A DNA stretch of 63,972 nucleotides, the filler included, from Reticulomyxa filosa (lineage: Eukaryota; Protista; Foraminifera), in the NCBI GenBank assembly GCA_000512085.1. It is 14 parts of 14 records of this genome, joined end to end, with 100 filler letters (N's around TTAATTAATTAA, not from the genome) between each part and the next. Parts side by side here need not be neighbours in the genome. Positions count along the whole stretch, not along the records: positions 13,294 to 19,780 come from ASPP01009666.1; positions 19,881 to 28,637 come from ASPP01011020.1; 12 more parts are not named here. One strand, written 5' to 3'. Made by a program: the position numbers and the translations under genes. The notes beneath the pieces are model-generated. The model was not told the DNA's origin, searched no databases, and saw only the letters and a program-made list of their open reading frames with translations. Shown here in pieces: positions 13,376-26,300 of the stretch; the first letter of the stretch is position 1, and every line of letters begins with the position of its first letter.

Positions 13376-14009
13376 ATCTGCTAAAGCACAGTGCAAAGAT
13401 TCTTCAAATAATAAAAAATATTCTGTTTTGATCCCCCACATTGCATGTTGCATTCCAAGGGTTTGAAGTGACTTGTGCACAAAGTCTTCATCTGGGTTTT
13501 TTAGTAGTCGCAACAGCCAACCAACCATATCCAAAAATTTCAATGCCTGGATGTCCACATTCCCCCGAATAAACAAACGACGTGCCAATGGCATTTTTTG
13601 AAACATATATGAATATAACAGCAATGCCAATTCCTTACAAAGTATACGTTTTTTGTTTTTTTTTTTTTTTTAGTTTGATGCAAAGTACATTTTTTTTTTG
13701 GAGCAGATGCTTTTGTGTGTGTGTGTATGTGTGGTGCACGCAAAAAAAAAAACCAAACTTTTTTAGGATTTCTGGGTAAAATATCAACACTGTCTTTCCA
13801 AAACACCCAACAGATATCCACCAGCTCTTGGTTAAAGAGGTCGGGTGCCGACAAGTTGTGTTTACCACCACTGGCTTCTTTTTTCATTGATGTCCGCTTG
13901 GGTATCTCGACACTGGCGATAGTGCCGCTGTTCTTTGTGACATTGTTATTGTTGCTGTAATTGTTGGCGAGATTGCCATTGCCATTGCCATAATAGTAGT
14001 TTTGACTTC

Positions 14010-14069
<60 letters not shown>

Positions 14070-14386
14070 TATTATTATTATTACTATTATTATTATTGTT
14101 ATTGTTCGTATTACTGTTTGTGTTGCCACGAAGTTTGTGCATGTCGTGCATTGGCTGTGTGAAGGGATTTTCGTGCTCTTCTTTGGTCGTATCAGAGGTC
14201 GGTGTTAGCTCCTCAGAATTGGACGTTGGCGAGCCTTCGTCCAACCCGTACGACTTGCGTGATTCGACACCCCCCAAGTCAACGAGGTAGCTCGAAGGGA
14301 CCGAATTTTGCGTGCGATGCGAAGGGAGAGTAATCTTGTTTAACTTGGATACATTTGTATTGTAATTCGTGACAATACTTGTGTTT

Positions 14387-14431
<45 letters not shown>

Positions 14432-15051
14432 GTATTCATATTTGTGTTCATTGAATATCTATAATTCTTGCTGTCACTGCGAATGTGTTGAGCAACGCTT
14501 GGCTGTTTTTGCTGTGCGGCTTCGGTTGGTAGTCTTGGCACCGCTTTGATGGGGTCACTTTTGGGCTGTTCCTGGCCATAACTTTGCACTTTTGCTTTTT
14601 CCAATTTCACACTTACACCAAAATTAAAATTTCTTGCCGCTATCAGCGTTTCCGGGAACCCTGTATCCTCAGTGGGTGTTGTGTTCATTTTCTTTTTTGT
14701 TCCTCCTTCGGGAGGCGGGGGTAATTTTTCCGGAAGAACGTTCTCATATTCTTCTTCCTCTTCTTCGTCCTCTTCTTCCTCTTCTTCCTCCTCTTCTTCC
14801 TCTTCTCCGCTATTGTAATTAGGGGAATCCACACCTTTCGCATTTGGATTTGTGTTTCCCACTCCTCCCAGTGTAAAGCCCCCTTTCACTGGTGGATTGA
14901 TACTGAAACGCGATATTTGACTATTTGAGGCAAGTGGCGCACCCCGGAAAGGCAAGCCTTCTCGGCCCACTTTACTTATGTTCGACGCAGATACATCTTT
15001 CGCATTTATGTCGCTAGTTGTTTGACCATAGACACCGATCTCGTTTCCCAT
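13376..15051 (-). CDS. Globin-domain protein with Gly2 N-terminus and long disordered linker; 3' truncated
   Basis: Exons 15051-13759 and 13633-13376 splice in frame to ...LVDICWVFWKDSV..KK|ELALLLYSYMFQKMPLARRLF..DIQALKFLDMVGWLL..SLQTLGMQHAMWGIKTEYFLLFEESLHCAL. This matches a 3/3 globin: B10 Tyr, CD1 Phe, E7 Gln, F8 His. The protein starts MGNEIG. Confidence 0.85.
14010..14105 (-). repeat. (AAT)n microsatellite, poly-Asn in the globin linker (second run at ~14390-14430)
   Basis: Directly visible ATT runs on the + strand. Confidence 0.95.
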
Positions 15052-17473
15052 TAGTCTCTAGTTCAAATGCTGGCGTTAGTTCAAAACGCACAATTCAACG
15101 AGATTCCAAAAATCACAGGTTTTTAACCCTCAACACCAGTTCGCTCCGAGCTTTTGTGCTTCATTTTCTTTGCTTTTAATAAAATCAAGCTTTGCTCTAG
15201 AAAAAAATAACCATTTTCAATAAAATCACAATTTGAATCTTAATAACAATTTTATACCTTTAAAAATTAAAATTATATCAATGACATGTATTTTAAATTT
15301 TCTGATATTTTGTTGTCTTTGAATGTATTCAATGTTGTGAACATTTACAAAAAATACTGTTATTAAACATAAATAGATTCTAATATTAAATTTTTCACAT
15401 ATAAAGATTAGATTAAGAAGGCATATCATCATAGAAATACACAATTTGCATACTCTTCAAGACAAATGTAAAATTTATTTTTTCAAAATAGATTTTTCTT
15501 CAATATAAGTCTACTGACTTATTACTAGCACTTCAATCACACTTTTTATAGAATTTTTTTATTGAATTCTTTTTCTTCAAACTTACTCAATTTTATTATC
15601 AATTTTTTACATTTAGAAAAATGTTTGTTTTTTGTGTTACACAGCTGTGGTTTGCGTCACGCTTTTTTTTCCTCTTGACTAAACAAGGAAGCTCAGTTTT
15701 GTCTTTTTTTCTAAAGAAATATCTCACATTTTTGTCAAAACAAAAAAATATAGTTATAAAATCTGTGAAGATGAAGTCAAAGACTACGTTTTTTGTTAAA
15801 AATAAAATGAAATAAAAGCGTTTCTTAAAAAGGGTCTGGTTCCAGATTTTTTATTTTTTTATCTGGCATCATTTGTCTCGTTTACTGTTTTTGAAGTTTA
15901 GAAACTATTTTTTTAAGTCCCAGATGGTCAGAGAAGCCGCATGTACAAAAGTACTGAAAAGTATCAAAAAAAACTTAATAATTTTGTTTCTGATAAAAAA
16001 ATTGAAGAAATATCTTTTTTGGTTTGTTTGTATCTTTATTGAAGTGTATGCGTTCAAGACCTTAACAAAATTAAACAAAAGTTTTATTCAATCAAAATCA
16101 TAATTATATAAAACTTTTGTAAGACCATTTGAACCAAAAATATTCAACGCAATCGAACGCTTTCGGAAAAAAGAAAAGTAATAGTCACACTTTCAACATC
16201 AACAGAGAAAAAGGAAAAATAACTTTATCAAAAGAAATGACAATATAATTGGACAAAAGAAAATGTTAATATGCTTATAGAATTTGAAAGTTTTTTTTAG
16301 ATTGTAGTTTTTTAAAGAAAAGCTATAAATAGAACTTTCCTTTTCTTCAAAAGAAATAAAGAAGCTGATGCAACTGTCTTGTTAGAAAACACAAATAAGC
16401 AATTTTGCTTGAATATTATGTAAAAATCACATTGAAAGGATAAATTTTGGCACAAATTCTAAACTGAAATAAATATAAAAAAAAGGATAACACGAAAGGA
16501 TAAAACTGAATGTTTTGTGTCATTACGATGAAAAAGTTTACCATCTATTTTGCAGGGAATTTGTAATAAAAAAATGTTTTGAACAATTCACTATTGTTCA
16601 AAATTTAGCCGCAATTTTTCAGCTTTCTTCAGACAAATAAAATTGGGTTAAATGAAAATACTCCAAGGGTGTTGGTTCCATTTTTATTTTATTTTTTTCT
16701 GTAATGTCTTTGGTTTGCCAACAAATCCAAACGAGTTTAAGTTAAATTGTCACTGCCAACAATCTAATTTAATGATTTTGTCTTTTCTCATTGGAAATTC
16801 TTAGTTAGTACTTTTTTTCTTTGATGTAGTGACAAGATGATAATCTTAGTTAAGTCTTAATTTTTATTTAACAAGAAAGCGCACGTATGTTGACAATTGT
16901 CTATTACTGCTTGATTAAAGAAATCATATCAACAATGTTGAAAAACGTCACATTTTTTAATGTTTATCATTCGTAGTTAGTTAACAACCACGGGGAAATG
17001 GTATAACAATTAAGTCTTTGTCATTTTAAATTCTCTTGTACTCAAATAGTTTGGTTGTTAGTAGTTTCTAACTATATTCTCATATTTTTTGAACTAAAGC
17101 ATAATCATAAGTGTAATCGTTAAAATAAAAATGAACTAAGTAAAAAATAATCGAACAAAAAACAATGAGAGAATTCCTCTTACTTACTAGGGCTTGCCCT
17201 ACACACAGCCAATTCATATTTCATTCACTTACATTGACTCGAAATCTTTTCTTTCTGAAAAATATTTATAAGTTTCCGGATATTTGCACAACTCAATTGC
17301 ATGTATTGGATGTGAGGCATATTAAAATTGAATAATTTTTTACGACAACCATCAAAAGTCTTGTAAGCGTGTCAAATGAACGTACACGGAAAAATGGGTT
17401 CTCAAAAATCATTTCGAATTTCTCTGCATCTTTAGTATTATTATCATAGTTGGTTTCCACTTTCTTTTGAGAA

Positions 17474-18176
17474 ATGACACAATCCAACTTCAAAAAAGAG
17501 CACTCTCTAGGTATTTATTCCCTATCTTTTTATTTTTCTTCATATCACACTACAAGCGCTGTGGTGGGGGAAAACAAGAAAAAAGAAAAAAAGAATCTGC
17601 AAAGATTTTGACGAAATATCCGAACAGAATCCCAGTGAAGTGCCTTAAACAAACAATCAAAGGAAACGAGTGTTTTTTTTTTTGTACAAAAAAAAAACAA
17701 TAATAACAATAACAATGGCAACAAAAATAAAAGGTGATTTGTGAAAAAGCACCAAAAAGCGACATTGCTGACATTGACAAAAAAAAGTTAAATTGTACCA
17801 AAAAAAAAAAAAAATGAAAAAAAATAAAGAAACAATAAAAATGACAATAAAAGATATTTGGTGCCAGGAGACCTGACAGTTACTCAATTTATGTACGTAA
17901 TTCGTAAGAAGATAAAAATACCAGCTGAGAAAGCCGTATTTGTATATGTGAACGATGCAATTCCTTCTGCAGGTATTATGTGTGTGCATGTATATGTGTG
18001 TATGGATTCAAGTATTGTTTTGACTATATTTTATCAACGTTCCAAAATTGCCTCTGTCTTTTCTTCCTTTTGATATAGCTACTTTAATGTCTACGATTTA
18101 CAAACAATACAAAGATGAAGATGGATTTCTATATATGACTTATTCTGGAGAGAACACATTTGGAGCTGGGCTCTAA
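17474..18176 (+). CDS. ATG8: Autophagy protein ATG8/GABARAP family, 5 exons
   Basis: Removing introns 17511-17578, 17635-17733, 17787-17853 and 17973-18078 gives [69 protein letters not shown]...[22 protein letters not shown], including the conserved C-terminal ENTFG. Confidence 0.97.
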
Positions 18177-19071
18177 ACTGCGTTATTTATTTCATTTGAT
18201 TGCTTGTCTGCTTCTTTTCATTTACTTCGTTTCTGGTCCACTTTCTCCGCCATCTTACAAATCTCCATCACTTAACTAAAGAGGTTTTTTTTTATTATTA
18301 TTATTACTAATTCGTTTGTCTTTTTTAAATGTTTTTTGTTGTTTGTCGGGATCAGTCTTAGTGAAATTTTTTCGTTCTGGAGCAAAAATTATTCTGCTAT
18401 TCAAGCTACTGTTTGCCATTTGTTGATCGTTTTTTGTTTGTTTTTTTCCTCCCAAGAATTGTTACAACTTTTTTTTCTGGAGTTCTAAAATGCATCCATC
18501 TCCCGATCATTTTTAATTCTTGTGGCAGAGTGCGCGTTGGAGGCGTAGATCTTTTCCTCCATTTTCCCCCGTTCTTTGAACATTAATAAAAAAGATCCTT
18601 AAAAAGGTAAATGCTTATTTATCGTTATTATTTTATTATTGTTTTCAAGAAGCTCCTTTTTTCATATGTAGACGCCTTCCATTTTGTATATGTCAAAAAT
18701 TCTGAAAGGGCTTCAGTTTGTCAGTAAGTTGAACTTTAGCTAATATTCAATACTGAATTTTTGCATATGACTGATTTGCGTTGTATTTCATATTTGCTTT
18801 TCGCTTTGTTTAGTGTAGTTTATTTTTATGCTATTAACGAATTATATGGTTATTTGATGTTAACATTATTATTTAATAAATTAAACGATTCCCCTGTAGA
18901 CATCTATGACCAACACTTTTAAAAAAAGGCAAAACATCAGTTTTCATTAGATTAGTTTTATCGTTTTCGTTTTGAACAGAAAATTTTGTTGGTATCAACC
19001 AAACTATTCCCGTCAGAGAAAAAGTTTGATAAGGGCTCATCATCATCATTGATACAGTGAAAGTATTCATC

Positions 19072-19671
19072 ATGGCAAAATCAGATCAACAAATTCCAAG
19101 CATGAAGCTTGTGATTGTCGGAGATGGTGCGGTTGGGAAAACTTGTTTGCTGAGTTAATATCTTCATATTTCATGAAATCTCCGAAACGCGTCGTTTGAC
19201 TCTAAACACGAAGCAAAAAAAAAAAAAAATACGAAAACGTTGAAAAAGATGTGAGAAATAAAACCAAACAAAAATAAAACAAAACAAAACAAAACCACAA
19301 TGAAATGGGGAACATAAGTGAGTTATACGAAAGGTATATTTCCCGAGGAGTACATTCCTACAGTGTTTGATAATTATACGGAAGAAAAGGAGATAACATT
19401 GAAAGACCCTAAGCCACACAAAGTTAAAGTACGCTTGGATTTATGGGACACCGCAGGTAAGAAGACGAGAGAGCATGTGTGTATGTGTGTATGTATAATG
19501 TATACAAGATCAGATACATATATGGTTTGAAACTAAAAACATGGCCACCTAAACGCAGGACAAGAAGAATTTGATCGTATTCGACCATTGAGTTACAGAG
19601 ATGCAGACTTTTTTTTAATTTGTTTTGCAATTAATAGTACAGATTCGTATGAGCATGTGATCGACAAATGG
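19072..19671 (+). CDS. Rho-family small GTPase (Rac/Rho-like), 3' truncated
   Basis: [25 protein letters not shown] and [18 protein letters not shown]. Introns at 19154-19318 and 19457-19558. Confidence 0.95.
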
Positions 19672-19736
19672 GTGGTATTAAAATATTTTTTGTTTGTTTG
19701 TTTGAACTTGTATGTGTTTGTGTTGATAACCGACCA

Positions 19737-19780
<44 letters not shown>

Positions 19781-19880
19781 NNNNNNNNNNNNNNNNNNNN
19801 NNNNNNNNNNNNNNNNNNNNNNNNTTAATTAATTAANNNNNNNNNNNNNNNNNNNNNNNNNNNNNNNNNNNNNNNNNNNN

Positions 19881-21458
19881 GAGGAAAGAACTTTTAAAAA
19901 ATTTAAAAAAAAAAAAAAAATCAAAAAACAACAAGCTAGCGAATACACCCAGAAGAAAGCCCGTGAGAGTCGTGTCGTTGATGCAAGTGAAAAAACTGTG
20001 ACGCATCGAACAAGAAGAGAGAGAGGGACTAAGATATTGGATGACCATGAAACCAATAGTATCCATCAGGCCGACGACACAGCCAAAACCTCTCGCGTGG
20101 CTCGCGGCAGCTTTGAAGTGTCTTCCGCGACGGTGCAAACACAAATATTGGACCCCGTTTTGAATAAACACACCACCACCAATGCTTCCGATCCTGTTGC
20201 CAATCTCAACAGCGATCTGGATTGGGCCATTAAAAAATTCAGTTCAAAAAAAAAAAAAAAGCCCCCTTTTCTCCAGATCCAATTTCTATTTCTTTAATGA
20301 GAGAAAATTATATTGTATCACAATTCAAATAAATAAATAAGCAAATAAATAAATGAATAAAGGCAGTGACGAGACTGACACCGACCGTGGGAACAAAGAG
20401 ACGAAGAAAGGCACTCACAAGGCACGCGAGTCGGTGGAACTTGCGAAAACACAGAACATTGACCCGATAGTGGTAACCGAGGTTAACCAAACCGTGGTTG
20501 GGACAATTCCCAATCATCGCACTCGAGAGTCAAAAATCATTGACAATTTTGATTCCAAAGATATCGATGTCGCAAATGAAGAACAGCCCAGCTTTACCAA
20601 TGACCACGATAACTCCACGCACAAAAGCAACACGTCCCAAACACGCTCTTTGCAGTCGCAGTCGCAGTCGCAGTCCAACGGCACGGTCAATTACACAGCT
20701 TCACATCACAACTCTGCCTTTGATGGAGGCCATTCACATAAGGCTCTCAATGGAGGGGCATCCCAGGTGACTGCCAACAGTTAATTACACAAACAAACAA
20801 ACAAACAAACAAATAAATAATGAAAAATTGGAATGTCATAACATACCATACACACACACAAAATCGTCACAAAAATCAAACGCTGTTACTTATTGCTTGT
20901 TGGGAAACATTGGTAATACTTTGCATGCAAATAGATGCAGGTGCGGTTGTCCCAGACGAAAAAGAACATAGTGAGGAAGAGGAAGACGATGAAGAAGAAG
21001 AAGACGAAGAGGAGGAGGAAGAGGAAGAAGAAGAGGATGAAACTTTGGCTAAGCACAAGGCTACAACTATGCCCACTTTGTTGCATAAAAAAGCTACTCC
21101 TGCAACGATGAATAACACAAATCCGACGAAATCAAACATGAATAACAAATCATCATCTTCACACGACAGGAATCAATCCAGTATTGAAATACTTAATATG
21201 CCTGATATCTTCGGAGAGAGCATCAATTTGACTATCTCTAGCTCGGCACTTGGCGCGCTAGCAAATGATCATATTAACTCTGGACATGCACACCAATCAT
21301 CCAAACAAAGTTATTAATATATATGTATATATACATTATATATTTTTTTTTTTTTGCAAACTCTTAAGTGAAACTCTTTGTTGCTGTTGTTGAAATCAGG
21401 CTTAGATTTCAATAGTTCACAGAAAAGGGGAAGCACCAAGAACGAAAAAGAATTTTAG
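19881..21458 (+). CDS. Low-complexity hydrophilic protein, C-terminal part (unknown function)
   Basis: Exon-like stretches at ~19930-20240, 20360-20780 and 20935-21310 with a poly-Glu run, separated by AT-rich introns. No recognisable domain; boundaries approximate. Confidence 0.45.
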
Positions 21459-23360
21459 CAAACGCTAATTTATTCGATCAATTGACGGCTTATTGTTTTA
21501 AAAGTTTTTTTCACGTTATCTTTTGTATGGAAATACTCGAAATTAACCCTTTTCATAGCCAGTTATTTTTATTTTTATTTATTTTATTATTGTTACTTTT
21601 TTTTATCATCAATGTATAGAATTGTTGAGTTGTCACACTTGGCTGTGTTCTCTTTTTCTTTGAAAGGGGACATAGTAAGAAAAAAATCAGCACCGAATCG
21701 AATGAATTCGGCGGAAAAAATTTGAACAACTTAGTTGGCTAGTTTCTAAACATGCCGTTGTTTGTATAAAACTGGTATTCAAAAAAAAAAAGGGTACTTT
21801 TTTTAGTTGTGCATTGACAAAAATTTGATCTCGGTTTAATTAATGTCTTCAACAATATTCACATATTTTTTGAAAAGATGAACTCCAACAGATTTGTGGA
21901 CATCCAATTATTTAGTCTTGAAATCAATTAAAAGTGATAGCTCACCACCAAAATTGTTCCATTTTTTAAATGTTTTAAAAATGTCAAATATTTGTCATTG
22001 TGACTTTTAGCTTTTTTTGCTCTTCTATCATTTTATGAGTCTCACATTACATTTTACGCTGAACAAAAAGTGATTTTTACTACTTGTTTGTGTGCTGTCT
22101 TTAAATTGGGTAGATATTGAATATCACCATGTCCGTTCACTCATATTAGGTATGACTTGATTTTTATGTTTATTCTTTGAAATAAAAAAGGGATGTTGTA
22201 CTTTTATCACAGACGTTCCTCCGGCTGTGATAATTACTAAAAAAAAATTGTTATATATTGGATGGATTGCATTCATAATAAAAAAAGAGTATCTTGTGAC
22301 TGAACATCGGATCATCAATCAAAAATATAAAAAAGTTTGTTGCATATGCATTTGTTTTTATTTTATTTTTTAGGGGAAAAAACAAACCAAAGTTTGTTTG
22401 TTTTTTTTGCGCGAATGGAAGAATGCATATTGTAGTAATAACAATCACATAAGTATCAAAAAAAACAAACAAATATAACCAAAAAATATTTTTATGCATC
22501 CAAAAAGAAAAGGGAGCTGGTGTTGTTTACATGGACTTAGAATTGCGTTCTTGCGACAAGCGTACTTTTATTTTTTATCCAAAAAAGGATTATGATGAAG
22601 GAAAGAAAAATAAATTAGAAAAGTGTTTGATTGATAATTGATTTAAAGTGTGATAAGAAAAATAAAGAAATAATAAATAAAAATAAAGAAAAAAAGTGAA
22701 AGTAAAAAGAAAAATATTTTTTTGCGTGTTCGCAATTAATTGGAATGATTATCAAGACGATTTGATTCAGTCCGACAAGTGATTTTCCTATAAATATACA
22801 AACATGAAAACGCTTAAGATAAATAGTAGAATAGTTGCGAAATAAGACAATGTAAGGATTGAAACTATTTTAAAACTTCAATAATGTGTTATTGCGTTTT
22901 GATACAATAATATTAATTTTACACTATTGTCAATTGCATAGTATACAAAACAAAGCAGCGCTAACGACTTTGATTCAAAAAAATATTGAAAGAATTTATG
23001 TATGACAAATGTCGCATATCAAATATAACTTCCAGTGTTGTAAATGAGATTTTGTGTAGAGATATGTCTTTATTTCAACATTCCTAGTAAGCTTGATTTT
23101 TCTAATACAAAAGTGATTGTAACACACTGAATCAAAACTGTATTTCTTGAGATAGAAGAAGCGTGAACATAGACTACGGGCAGCATAATGGCAAAATTAA
23201 AAGACCGTCTTTTTGATTTAAAAGAATTTTTTTGTGAATGCATTGAATTTTCTTCAGCAGTTTGATTATATTTTGAAAAGGCAAAAAGGAATAATTTTTC
23301 ATATATTTTACACCATTTGGATAATTTTTATATTTACAACATCATTTGTGAAAATTAAGT

Positions 23361-26300
23361 CTAACTTATCGGTACGTTCACTGTTTGTACCACTGCACCA
23401 CGATCCTTTGAGTTGACCAATATGGCAAACTTGTCGGTGCTTGTCAAGTGACTACAGCTGACACTAACATAATCGAAAACTCCCCTGCGGTCAGTGTATC
23501 CATCCTTATGGAATTTAGGCGATCCGTTCACTCTTGCATAAACTTTGACATAGCATTTTGACAATGGCTTTTTGGTTTCTTTATCCAACACTTTGAGTTG
23601 ACCAAATTTTTCTTTAATTTGGACCAGTAAGCGATTGTCATAAAAAGTTTGTGACAAAGGATCAACACTGGAGAAGTTGGAAGGATTGGTAACGACAGCT
23701 TCACAGTAGATGTTGCAATGAAGTAATGATTCGGGAATATTGATGCTGTGAGATTTTGGTAAACTTGTTTCATTGGAAGGGAATTTCACGTCAACCGATT
23801 CATTGGGTTGAATGAAAGAAAACACGTTTTGAGAAGCATCCATTTGGCCACGACTTAAAAATGGGGACATGGAAAACAATAACTCAATATCCATGCGATA
23901 AAAGTTTACTCGAACAGAGTCAATCTTGAAATATTGGAAGACCAATTGTCGATTTTCAATTTCGAAATGGATGGATGGTTCGTGCATGGCATGACGTTCC
24001 AAACGACGCTCACGTTCGCCAAGGGTATCTTCATCCCTGTCTTCTTCTTCTTCTTCTCCGTTCTCGTTTCCTTCCCCTTCCTTTTTCACTTCCAGGTCCG
24101 CTTCACCTTCTTTCACATCCTCCACTTTTCCGCTTATTTCTGCCAGTTGTCGTTGCATGTCTTCAAAGACACGTTGTTTGTTGGTCGGTAAAGTCTTCAA
24201 AGCGGTATACTTTTCGCAGATTTTGCGCGCAGTTTCGCACGTGGTATCTTTTTCGTCCAATAAGCAGAAATACGCTTTCATGTACTCATACTGAACCGCG
24301 TGTTTCTCTTTCAATGGACCTTTTTCCTTTTCCACCAACTCATAGAAGATGAATCGACTCTCGTTGATTCGATCTTGTAGGATGAGATAATAGCATGCCT
24401 TCAACAAGTCCAGCCACTTGACGTCTTTAATGTTCACACTCAAATAGCATATTCGTCGCAAGTATCCATTATACGTTTGTAACAAATCCTGGTTTAAAAT
24501 TTTCTTTTGATTTCCCAATTTGTGGGTACGCGCATTGATTAAGGGGAAGTATTCCAAGTGCGTGCTTTGTTGGTTTCCGAGCGACTCATCGTCGTAGATA
24601 TAGCCCCACTCGCTCTTGAAATAAGGTTGGAACAAATGTCGCAGCAAATTGCTGTTGCAGTAGAGATACTGACCAAATCGCTTGACATCTTGATGCACGA
24701 CCGAATGTCTCCATATCTCATTTTCATAATGATGCTTCGATTCCAACAAATCCACCACCGCAGTGTATCCACTGCTGGTGCTCATCAAATAATAGATTTT
24801 GTGCAGATCGGTTTCACACAAGTTGTGCTTTTCCAAATACTTGACAATGGTCTTCACATCGCCACTGGCCGACACATCCGACCAATTGTCTTCGTTGATT
24901 TCCACGGCTTTTGTCGGAATCGAAATGCAAACCGTGTTGTTATCGTTGTTGTTCGAAAAGCCGAGTATCTGTCCATTTTTACTAATTTGCACTGGGAAGT
25001 GCGTATACTTACCAATATTGGGGAAATAAAGTAAAACTCCATTATCTTCGATGAATACGAAGGAATGGTTTCAAACTTGGTATGGGTCCATTTGCCTCCA
25101 TTCATAGGGATGGCCCCGGCGGGGATTTGATACAATACTTCGGCATTGCGAATTTGGGCACTGCTGGCATTGGTAATGATCGCGCGACATCCGTACATCT
25201 TGCAAGGTATCATATTATTTGAATTAACAAACTTGTCCGTTTGCTCGCCATCAAAGATCTCATAGCGGTCGTTTGGATCAAAGTAATGATGCGAAACTTG
25301 GACGCGAATCGACACTTGGTCCGTTTCACGCAGCTGTTTGCTCAATACAATGCATGGATTTTCGCTTTGAATAACCATTCGCATTGTCTCAAAGTTTTTT
25401 TCGCGTCTCACGTTGTCGTCATTCGTTTGCAAGGGCAAGTCCAACACGGCCAAGGCAAAAATCATTTCACTTAAACAGCTGGTGGGCAGCGAAAAGTATT
25501 GCGAGACAAACTTGGCATTTTTTTGGGGGGTGTCGTCTGACAATAAGTGCAGCGCATAATCGCACCAAAACTCATTCAATCGAACCAATTGCTTGGTTTC
25601 CTTGTTATACCCAATTCCGTAATATTGTGTTTCTTGGAACTCTTTCGTGTTTTGCAATTCATCATAGTAATTCTTTCCAATCACACGGTAGCGTAAATCT
25701 CGATCAAAATATTTTTGTTCACTGTTTCCAAATCGACATATTTTTAATTATTGTAATGTATAAAATACATACATATATGTATATGTATATATTATATATC
25801 TATTTTCCAACACATACCTCTCTTGTTTTATATTCGATACAAAAAAATCTCGGTCCTCCTTTTTGTACTTCGCCTCGTATTGCTTGTCATAGTTGTGTTT
25901 CAAAGGTGCTTTTTTTTTTTCTTCTTTCTTTGCCATCTTCTTTTTCTTTGGCTTTTCCATCTCTAGTGTATCTTCTATACTTGTTTTTCGCATGCGTTCG
26001 TTCACGATGCTATTCTGGCTTGAAACGCTTTCGTCAGCGCTGTCGGATCTATACTTGTCTTTGCGTTCGGCCATATTATCGTGTTTGTCCATAGCAGTAA
26101 TTGAATGTTGTCGCGCATTATTACTTTTTAGTGCCGCCATCGGTTTTGTCATCGTTTTTCCTTTTGCTGAGAAAGCATCAGACCGATATCCTCCCAAGGT
26201 GGCTAATTGCGGTGATATGAAGTCACTCAATGCATCAGGCAGGAAGTCCGCTGACACGGTAAAGACTGTGCCTCGGCGAAATTGCGTTCGGCCAAAGCCG

